64,000 nucleotides of DNA from Candidatus Latescibacterota bacterium (GTDB lineage: Bacteria > Latescibacterota > UBA2968 > UBA8231), in assembly GCA_965217585.1 (NCBI GenBank), contig OZ244561.1, positions 288,001 through 352,000 on the forward strand, given 5' to 3'. Shown in pieces: positions 46,773 to 54,320 of this stretch. The stretch's first letter is position 1; the number at the start of each line of letters is the position of its first letter. Below the pieces are notes generated by a model. It was not told where the DNA came from and made no database searches. It worked only from the letters and a program-made list of their open reading frames with translations. The position numbers and the translations under genes were made by a program.

Positions 46773-48581
46773 ATGAGACTGCTACATTACCTAGAGCTAC
46801 AAAACTTCAAGCGCTTTGGCGACAGACAGCGCATTGAGTTGGATCATCCGTCCGTGCTCATCGGCCCAAACAACTGCGGCAAAACGACGGCCATACAGGC
46901 CATCGCACTCTGGTCACAAGCCGTCAAAACTTGGTTGGAAAACAAAGGCACAGCACCGCCCAAAGAGCGGACATCAACATCAATCAACCGGCTCAATATC
47001 GTCTCGGTGCCCGTGCAGCGTACGCGCTACTTCTGGCACAACATGGCCGTTCGCACCGGCAACCACGACATCTACTTTCATATCACCCTAGGCGTCTTAC
47101 ACGAGCACAAAGTCGAGCCTGTCACCATGCGCTTCCGTAATCAGGGCAACGAATTGGTCTATTGCACACCCGACGAATCAACGCTCAAAAGGCCAGAACT
47201 CATCGAAACAGCCGCCGAATTCAATGTCAAGTTGCTATACCCCATGTCGGGTCTCGATACTGAAGAAGCCGTTTTACAGCCCGGACGAATAGACGTATTG
47301 CTCGGCCAGGGGCAAACGGCGCAAGTGCTCCGTAACCTTTGCTTGACTGTATTCCAAAACGCGCCCAAAGATTGGGAAAAGATCGTTGATCTGATGAAGC
47401 GTTTGTTTACAGTTGATCTTGAAAATCCGAAAGAGACTACACGCGGCAGCATTGATCTGTTCTATCGGCAATCTCATGTCAAGGATCGGTTAGATGTGTC
47501 ACTTGCTGGACGTGGACTTCAGCAGATGCTCCTAATCGTCGCCTACCTGTATTCTGATCAGCGCAACGTCCTTCTAATCGACGAGCCAGACGCCCACCTC
47601 GAAATCCTGCGCCAAAAACAGATCTACGTATTGTTGCGCGAAATCGCCACCGAGAGAGAGTCGCAAATCATACTCGCTACGCATTCTGAGGTAGTCTTAG
47701 AGGAAGCGCGCGATCACAACCTCACACTGCTGTTGCAGGGACGGGCCGACGACCTCGCGGCAAAGAAGGACATCCTCAATACACTCAAACACTACGGGAC
47801 CGAACATTACATCCGGGCACAGCAGCGGGGCTACGTGCTCTACGTGGAGGGAAGCACAGATATCGATATCCTACGGGCGTTAGCAAAACAACTGAATCAC
47901 AAGGCAGAAAGCGTTTGGGACGAGCGCGCCAACGCATTCTACGTAAAAAACACCTTCCCGAGGGCCAGCTTGAACTCAGAACTCGAGCGCGTGGAAGGTG
48001 GCTTCGACGCAATGCCGGAGCAACATTTCTTCGCGCTGCGGCCTATGGTGCCTCACCTAAGAGGATTGGCGATCCTCGATAACGACGGCCGAGAGCGGAA
48101 GGACTCGGATGAAGGAGGACTTCAGATCGCCTACTGGCGTCGCTATGAAGCGGAGAACTATTTTATCACGCCAGACGTGTTGCGAAACTACGTTGCGGAA
48201 CAATACCAAGATCTAACGCTCTTTGACGGGTTTCAGAGACAGACCAACGAAGTCCTAGACGAATTGATCCAAGACCGTGTTTTTGACGGTAGCCAGAGTG
48301 ATTTCACTACATGGCGCGATACAAACGAGGACGCGAAACGGCTCTTGTGGGAAACACGAACCGAGCGATTGAAGCTGAGCGACTTTGCCGAAGAATTCTT
48401 TCGACGTCTCGCAGAGAAGCTCAGACACGCTATGCTGCTCAGGAAAGGCGAACTCCATCACCTTATCCACTTCGCTGATCCCGCCACGATCCCCAAAGAG
48501 GTGAGCGAAAAACTCGACTTGCTGCAAAAACTCTTTGAGCAAGCTAACCGAGGTGAGGAAGAGTCGGGAGAGCCTGAATGA
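46773..48581 (+). CDS. ABC-ATPase + TOPRIM-like (OLD-family-like) protein
   Basis: GPNNCGKT, AGRG, IDEPDAHL, ATHS, YVEGSTD, LDND, EAENY. Confidence 0.82.
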   Translation: MRLLHYLELQNFKRFGDRQRIELDHPSVLIGPNNCGKTTAIQAIALWSQAVKTWLENKGTAPPKERTSTSINRLNIVSVPVQRTRYFWHNMAVRTGNHDIYFHITLGVLHEHKVEPVTMRFRNQGNELVYCTPDESTLKRPELIETAAEFNVKLLYPMSGLDTEEAVLQPGRIDVLLGQGQTAQVLRNLCLTVFQNAPKDWEKIVDLMKRLFTVDLENPKETTRGSIDLFYRQSHVKDRLDVSLAGRGLQQMLLIVAYLYSDQRNVLLIDEPDAHLEILRQKQIYVLLREIATERESQIILATHSEVVLEEARDHNLTLLLQGRADDLAAKKDILNTLKHYGTEHYIRAQQRGYVLYVEGSTDIDILRALAKQLNHKAESVWDERANAFYVKNTFPRASLNSELERVEGGFDAMPEQHFFALRPMVPHLRGLAILDNDGRERKDSDEGGLQIAYWRRYEAENYFITPDVLRNYVAEQYQDLTLFDGFQRQTNEVLDELIQDRVFDGSQSDFTTWRDTNEDAKRLLWETRTERLKLSDFAEEFFRRLAEKLRHAMLLRKGELHHLIHFADPATIPKEVSEKLDLLQKLFEQANRGEEESGEPE

Positions 48582-48847
48582 AGATTACACTCACGCCTGA
48601 TATGGAGCGCACGTTGATCAAGCAGGCTCGCAAGTTGGGTATTACTCCTGAACAGCTCGTCGTGGATAGCTTGAAGGAGCGTCTCGCGTCGGCATCGGCC
48701 GTGCCAGAGTCACAAGGAACGCTGGCAGATTTTCTCCATGAGCATATCGGCGTTTTAGATAGCCGCGAATACATCCCCGGCGGTGCGCGTATGTCGGAAG
48801 ATAGTGGCAAGAAATTCGCCGCGGGATTGCTCAAACAACATCGATAG
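48578..48847 (+). CDS. Small antitoxin-like protein with no adjacent toxin
   Basis: ITLTPDMERTL..QARKLG.TPE ribbon-helix-like N-terminus; coupled to the upstream gene. Confidence 0.55.
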   Translation: MKITLTPDMERTLIKQARKLGITPEQLVVDSLKERLASASAVPESQGTLADFLHEHIGVLDSREYIPGGARMSEDSGKKFAAGLLKQHR

Positions 48848-48855
48848 AGCACGGG

Positions 48856-49116
48856 ATGAAAAAACACCATCAAATAACCGGATTGCACTTTGACGGGGAT
48901 TGCATGGTTTTGACTATCGATGGTCAAGAAAAAACCTTTCGCGTGAGCGAAATATCCCCTGCGCTGCAAAATGCGTCCGACGAAAAAAAGAACCTCTTTG
49001 AAATCTCTCCTTCGGGCTACGGTATCCACTGGCCACTACTCGACGAAGATCTGTCCATTGACGGATTGCTCGGCGTCGTTCACAGGCCTGAAAAGAAAAA
49101 AGCTCCTCTCCTATGA
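48856..49116 (+). CDS. DUF2442 protein (copy 2)
   Basis: Near-identical to the 40323 copy. Confidence 0.88.
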   Translation: MKKHHQITGLHFDGDCMVLTIDGQEKTFRVSEISPALQNASDEKKNLFEISPSGYGIHWPLLDEDLSIDGLLGVVHRPEKKKAPLL

Positions 49117-49170
49117 GCGAGCAGACCAACGAACAAGCCTTTGAAGCCTAAATCGAGGCGACGCTCCTCG
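49113..49170 (+). pseudogene. Duplicate of the first 19 codons of hsdR, with an internal stop
   Basis: 53/58 nt identical to 43488-43545; MSEQTNEQAFEA*IEATLL. Confidence 0.9.
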
Positions 49171-49722
49171 CTAGAAAATCTCGTTTAAGCCAACGGAGAA
49201 ACCTGTGAGCGTGGACGAGGTCATCGCTTGCCCCTCGCCGTAGATGGCCTCCACCTCGAAGGCACCCTCGCCGAGCCGCAGCACCGTCACCGTCCGGGCG
49301 TCTGAATCGACTAGCCAGTATTCCTTCACGCCATACTTGGCGTACAGGGCGCGTTTGAGCGTCCGATCCCGCCCGGCAGTGGAGGGGGACAGGATTTCGA
49401 CGACCAAATCCGGTGCACCGAGGACATTCGCGCCGCCGAGCAGCAGGTGCGCTCGCTCATTGGAGACGAACAATAGGTCCGGCTGTACCACATCCGTATT
49501 CGACAGCACCACGTCGCAGGGCGCGTGGAAGACCTCGCCTAAACCCCTCTCCTGTACGAAACCATGGAGCAACGCTCCTAGCCGGATGCCAATTCTCTGG
49601 TGCTCTAGGTTGGGCGCGGGAGCCATAATCAACTCTCCGTCCAATAACTCGTAGCGCTTGTCCTCCGGGGTATGTTGGTAGTCCTCATAGGTGAACTTGA
49701 CGGCTGGGTTGGGGCTGAGCAT
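49171..49722 (-). CDS. Uma2-family (PD-(D/E)XK) endonuclease
   Basis: YELLDGEL...QPDL...PDLVVEILSPST...YAKYGVKEYW. Confidence 0.92.
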   Translation of the reverse strand: MLSPNPAVKFTYEDYQHTPEDKRYELLDGELIMAPAPNLEHQRIGIRLGALLHGFVQERGLGEVFHAPCDVVLSNTDVVQPDLLFVSNERAHLLLGGANVLGAPDLVVEILSPSTAGRDRTLKRALYAKYGVKEYWLVDSDARTVTVLRLGEGAFEVEAIYGEGQAMTSSTLTGFSVGLNEIF

Positions 49723-49838
49723 ATCGCCCTCCTCTCGTCGCTGGATGTGCGGTTTACGGACGCCTAAATGCCGGTCAACCAACTACCAATAATCTAACCA
49801 CCTCCGCCCTACTCGGCGGGCCGTTGCATAAGGGCCAT

Positions 49839-50381
49839 TCACTGTATCAATCGGTCGACTTGAGCCAAAATTTCATCGGGCGTCGGCCGGTCGTCTTTGT
49901 CTTCCCCTACGTATTTCCATTCGATGTGGCCCTCAGGCGAGACAATGAAGGTGGACGGCGTCGCGACGTCGTCATTCAGAAGGTTGTAAACTCCGTAGTC
50001 CTTGGCTACCTCGGCGTCCTTGTCTGACAGAATGACGAACTCAGCGCCGGTGAGCTCCACCATTTGCAGCGCGTCGGCCATCTCATCAGTGCTGATCGCC
50101 GCAAGCGACACGTTGCGCTTTAGAAACTCGGGATACACATCTGCCAACTCACCTAGTTGGCTCTTGCAGGCACCTCAGAAGAATCCTCTGTAGAACAGCA
50201 GTACCGCCGCCGCGCGGTTGTCGAGTAAGTCGGACAGGGAAACAGAAGTCCCATCCACCGCAGGTAAGGTGAATGCAGGCGCAGACGCTTGATCGTCCGA
50301 GGAGACCGCATTGGAGCTGCAGCCGGCGAGGGCGATGAGGGTCGCGATTGCTAAAGGCAGAAACACTGCGATATGGTGCAT
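49839..50381 (-). CDS. Selenocysteine-containing AhpC/TSA (peroxiredoxin-like) lipoprotein
   Basis: ORFs 50175-50381 and 49839-50147 are in one frame: LAGC...APAFTL...FYRGFF-UGA-GACKSQL...AISTD; 180 aa. Confidence 0.88.
50143..50161 (-). promoter_or_regulatory. Bacterial SECIS candidate
   Basis: GCCAACU-AGGUG-AGUUGGC, a 7-bp stem whose loop begins 20 nt after the UGA. Confidence 0.75.
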
Positions 50382-50402
50382 TTTCTTTCTCCTTAAAAGA
50401 AC

Positions 50403-51218
50403 CTACTCGGCGAGCCGACCAATCGGTTTGCGCGGGCCGACCAAAATCATCCGGCCCCACGTGTTGTCGTCGTCGCCATTGCCGTAGATCATGAAGTGGC
50501 CGCCGTACGCGCCGCCGTCCGGGTCGGTGTGGACGATTTCCATGCTGTATTCGTCCCCCACTTGCGGCGGCTGCCAGCGGGGGTCGCTCTGGCCAAACGT
50601 CGGAACCATCTCGACGCGGGCCTCCAAGATGAAATCGGCCGCGCTCCGGCCCCAAGGATCCATGCGCACGACGTAGTTACAAGCGGCCTCGGGGATCGGC
50701 TCTTCAATGTAGCTCTGGCCGGGCGCACCGTGCCGCCACCAAGCGTTTTGTGGGGTGCGCTGCGGGTCGGCGACAAAACAGAAGGCGTTGTCGCCTTGGC
50801 CGAAGCGCTCGTTGGCCCGGTCGCGCGGGCCTTCCATAAACCAGCAAATCGCATCCTTGAAATACCAGCGCTTGTCCGCCGGGTCGGGGTCGTCGAGGTC
50901 GTTGACATTGTCCCAGACCTCGGCCCCAAAGTAGAAGTTTTGCGCGTCCCAAGCAATGTAGTAGCGAGCGCTCAAGTCGTCTTCGAGGTGCGGCTCATTG
51001 CCGTGGTCGGTGAGGCGATTGCGCGCGCCGCGATCGAGGCGGTAGAAGCCAGCCTCGCTGATACGGCGCATATCCCAGACGCCGTCGTTGTGGGCGCGGT
51101 CCTTCCACTCGGCAAGGTCGCCGTCAATGGTCGGGGCCGCCTCCAACAAGGGGGCGTTGATGTTCATGTCCGCGCACGCGGCAGAGGCGGCGAGCAAAAT
51201 CGCGCACAAGGGCAGCAT
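50403..51218 (-). CDS. Secreted CBM9/DOMON-like sugar-binding protein
   Basis: Signal MLPLCAILLAASAACA; PTIDGDLAEW, AWD...YFGAEVWD; RBS GAGGAG. Confidence 0.65.
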   Translation of the reverse strand: MLPLCAILLAASAACADMNINAPLLEAAPTIDGDLAEWKDRAHNDGVWDMRRISEAGFYRLDRGARNRLTDHGNEPHLEDDLSARYYIAWDAQNFYFGAEVWDNVNDLDDPDPADKRWYFKDAICWFMEGPRDRANERFGQGDNAFCFVADPQRTPQNAWWRHGAPGQSYIEEPIPEAACNYVVRMDPWGRSAADFILEARVEMVPTFGQSDPRWQPPQVGDEYSMEIVHTDPDGGAYGGHFMIYGNGDDDNTWGRMILVGPRKPIGRLAE

Positions 51219-51229
51219 GGATGTTCTCC

Positions 51230-51976
51230 TCAGCGGTAGTCTTCGGCTCGGTCCGCGGGCACAAAGCCCACCGTCTGGCGAGCGTGCTCTAAGTCGCGGT
51301 AGCCCCATTTGTTGTCCGAGTTGACGAAGAAGGTGTCGAAGGGCAAGTCGAGGGGGGCTGCAAGGCACTTTTCGATCATCTGCACGGCGTCGCGCTGGCT
51401 GCACCAGACGCAGTACTCGCGGGAATGGGTCGGGCGGTTCTCCGGGTTGACGCGGCCAAAGCGCAGGCAGAGGACGGACATGCCGTGGGCCGAGGCGTAT
51501 TCGCGACCCAACTCTTCGCCCCAGACCTTGCTGGCCGCGTACAGGCCCGTTGGCCGCAGGGGCGATTGCGCGGTCAGCATCGGCCACGTAGCGGGGACTT
51601 GGTCGTACTCGCCGGCCAGAAGCTCCTTGTACGGAGAAAGCGCGGTGTACCCACCCATGACCGACCCGCTGCTGGCAAAGAGGACGCGCCGCACCCCAGC
51701 CTCGTGGGCCGCGGCGAAAACATTCCCAGTTCCCTGCAAGTTGGCGCGGAAGATCGCCGGCAGGTCGTTGGCGATGTGGGCGGCGAGATGGACGACCGCA
51801 TCCATCCCGGCAAAGGCCGACCGGATGGCGTCGAGATCGGCGATGTCGGCCTGGTGGCAGTCGATGTTCGGGAGCGGGCGGCGGTTGAGGGCGCGCAGGT
51901 TATAGCGGGTGCGCAGGCTGGCGACAGCGCCCGTGCCGATCAGACCCGTGGCACCCGTGATGAGGACGTTTTGCAT
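51230..51976 (-). CDS. NAD-dependent epimerase/dehydratase (uronate-dehydrogenase-like)
   Basis: TGATGLIG, ASS, YAASK, W.SQRD. Confidence 0.85.
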   Translation of the reverse strand: MQNVLITGATGLIGTGAVASLRTRYNLRALNRRPLPNIDCHQADIADLDAIRSAFAGMDAVVHLAAHIANDLPAIFRANLQGTGNVFAAAHEAGVRRVLFASSGSVMGGYTALSPYKELLAGEYDQVPATWPMLTAQSPLRPTGLYAASKVWGEELGREYASAHGMSVLCLRFGRVNPENRPTHSREYCVWCSQRDAVQMIEKCLAAPLDLPFDTFFVNSDNKWGYRDLEHARQTVGFVPADRAEDYR

Positions 51977-52125
51977 GGCATATCCGAACGGTTATGAGGT
52001 TCCATTAAGTACGGAATTGTGGACGCGGTGTCCAGCAGAGCAGATTGTCGGTAAAGAGCGGTTTGGCTAATATAGACGGCGCGAAATGCACTGGAGCAAT
52101 TTGCGGATTCTATGCGGCTATATCC

Positions 52126-53388
52126 TTGAAAAAAATACTAGTTCCATTGTTCATAAGCCTAGCCGCCTGCGGGGGAAACGACCGCCCGCGCCCCGGTGAG
52201 CCGACCACGGTGGTGCTGTGGGAATTCGGGGGCGTGCCGGGCCTGCGCGCATGGGTACAGCAGGCCGTGGCCGACTTCAACGCCTCCCGCAGCGACATCC
52301 AAATCGAGCTGGAATTCCGCGACTGGGCGACGCAACGCGAGAGCCTGATCAGCACCACCATCGTCGGCGATGGGCCGGATATTGTGCGGGTGCATCACAA
52401 GTACTCGGTGGAGTTCGGCGAGTTGGGGGGATTGTACGCGCTGGAGAATTTCCCCGATTTCCCCCAAGTCAAGGAGCGCATCCTCGACAATGTTTGGGAA
52501 CTGGTCGAATACGACGGCCAGCACTATGGCTTGCCGGTGACCATGCTGCCCTTCGTGCTGGCGGTCAACACCGACATTATGGCGCGGATGGAACTCGAAG
52601 TTCCCAAGACCTGGGATGAGATGCTGGCGCTCGGCCCACAATTCGCGGGCACGGGGATCGAGCCTTTTACCATGCCTGGAGGCGTCAATCTGGACACGGC
52701 CTACCGCTTCTTGCCGCTGCTGTACAAAGCGGGCGGGCGCGTCTTTAACGATGATTGGTCTGCCGCTGCTTTTAACGGCCCAGCCGGGCAAGCGGCGCTG
52801 GAGTTTTTAGTAGAAATGAAAAACAAGGGTTATTTGCCGCCCGGCAGCGCGGCCTATCGCTTCGACGAGAACGCCGCGCACTGGTCAACCGGCAAGGCGG
52901 CGCTGTCGATTGAGGGGCCGTGGTGGCAGGATATCGTCCACGGCAACTACGACTTCGATCTGAACAATCTGGCGCTGGCGCAGATTCCCACGCCCACCAA
53001 GCACATCGGGCCGCACGAATCGCGGACCTTGCTCGACGTGATTATGATTGCCATAACGGGTTATACCAAGGTCCCCAAGGAAGCATGGGAAGTGGTCAAG
53101 GCGCTGGATTTGGACCATCCGGTCTGGCGCAACCCCAACCCGACCATGGGTGGCATTCCCACGCTGAAGGCGGCCTATGCCGAAGGCGTGCAATCCGATT
53201 ACATCGACCTGGACCAGCTCGCCATAGCCGGGGCCAATGGGCTGGGCTGGCCGGGGCATCCGGCGGTCACCCAAATCCAGCGGCACATTGCCGACGCGGT
53301 CAATATGGCACTGACCGGCTCGCTAAGCCCCAAGGAGGCGCTGGACTTTGCCGCCGAAGAAGTAAACGAGGTGTTGAGTGATTACTAA
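52126..53388 (+). CDS. Sugar ABC transporter substrate-binding lipoprotein
   Basis: Lipobox LAAC after a TTG start; GPDI, YGLP, P.TWDE, GPW. Confidence 0.88.
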   Translation: MKKILVPLFISLAACGGNDRPRPGEPTTVVLWEFGGVPGLRAWVQQAVADFNASRSDIQIELEFRDWATQRESLISTTIVGDGPDIVRVHHKYSVEFGELGGLYALENFPDFPQVKERILDNVWELVEYDGQHYGLPVTMLPFVLAVNTDIMARMELEVPKTWDEMLALGPQFAGTGIEPFTMPGGVNLDTAYRFLPLLYKAGGRVFNDDWSAAAFNGPAGQAALEFLVEMKNKGYLPPGSAAYRFDENAAHWSTGKAALSIEGPWWQDIVHGNYDFDLNNLALAQIPTPTKHIGPHESRTLLDVIMIAITGYTKVPKEAWEVVKALDLDHPVWRNPNPTMGGIPTLKAAYAEGVQSDYIDLDQLAIAGANGLGWPGHPAVTQIQRHIADAVNMALTGSLSPKEALDFAAEEVNEVLSDY

Positions 53389-54283
53389 AGGTGCGCTGCG
53401 CAAAAATCTGACGCCGTACTATTTCTTGCTGCCGGCGATTCTGGTCTTGGCGGTGGTCATCCTCTATCCGGTGTTCAGCAATCTCGTGATGAGCGTCTAC
53501 AAGGTGAAGCTCTTCCGCGGAGCCGGCGACGAGTTCATCGGCCTTACCCACTACGCCAAGCTCTTCGGCAGCCGCACCTTTGTCAACAGCATCTGGAGTT
53601 CGGTGCGCTTTACGCTCTATTCCCTGCCGGTGGCCTTCGTCTTGGGCTTGGGGATGGCGTTGATCTTCAACGAGATCCGCAAGTATCGGCCGGTCTTTAC
53701 CGGCTTTCTGCTCATCCCTTGGGCCATCGCCCCAGTAGTGACCGGCTACATGTGGCGCTGGCTGTTCCACGACAGCTTCGGCCTCGTCAATCATACGCTC
53801 CTGAGCCTCGGCTTCATCGACGCCAATGTCCCTTGGCTAGCGCAGCCGGACACGGCTATCGGCGCAGTGGTGGTGGCCAATGTCTGGCGCTTCATGCCCT
53901 ACATCACCATCATGCTGCTGGCCGGTTTGCAGGGTGTATCCTCCGAGCTGTACGAGGCCGCGCACGTCGATGGAGCCAATGTGTTCGAGCGCTTCTTCCA
54001 CGTGACCCTGCCGCAGCTCAAACACGTAATCGGAGTGGTCTTCCTCTTCGCCACCATCTGGATGGTCAATGACTTCGCGCTAATTTTTATTATGACCGAG
54101 GGCGGCCCGGCCAAGGCCACGCAAGTGGTGCCGATTACGGTCTATCGCATCGCCTTCGAGCACCTGCGGCTCGGCAAGGGCGCGGCCGCGGCACTCATTC
54201 TGCTGCTCTTTTTGCTGTCGTTGAGCATCGTCTTCATCCGCATGCTCTTCCGCGAGGAGAGGAGGAGCGGGGATGCGAATTAA
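53378..54283 (+). CDS. Sugar ABC permease (MalF-type)
   Basis: EAA loop LYEAAHVDGA; TEGGP. Confidence 0.93.
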   Translation: MITKGALRKNLTPYYFLLPAILVLAVVILYPVFSNLVMSVYKVKLFRGAGDEFIGLTHYAKLFGSRTFVNSIWSSVRFTLYSLPVAFVLGLGMALIFNEIRKYRPVFTGFLLIPWAIAPVVTGYMWRWLFHDSFGLVNHTLLSLGFIDANVPWLAQPDTAIGAVVVANVWRFMPYITIMLLAGLQGVSSELYEAAHVDGANVFERFFHVTLPQLKHVIGVVFLFATIWMVNDFALIFIMTEGGPAKATQVVPITVYRIAFEHLRLGKGAAAALILLLFLLSLSIVFIRMLFREERRSGDAN

Positions 54284-54320
54284 GGCCCAAGAAAATGACA
54301 GAAGGAGGATGCGCCGATGA
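54273..54320 (+). other. Relic start of the downstream MalG-type permease, now a 15-codon mini-ORF
   Basis: GAGGAG then ATG, reading MRIKAQEN... vs MMSIPIKTQEN at 56489 (16/18 nt); its TGA overlaps the WD40 ATG. Confidence 0.7.
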
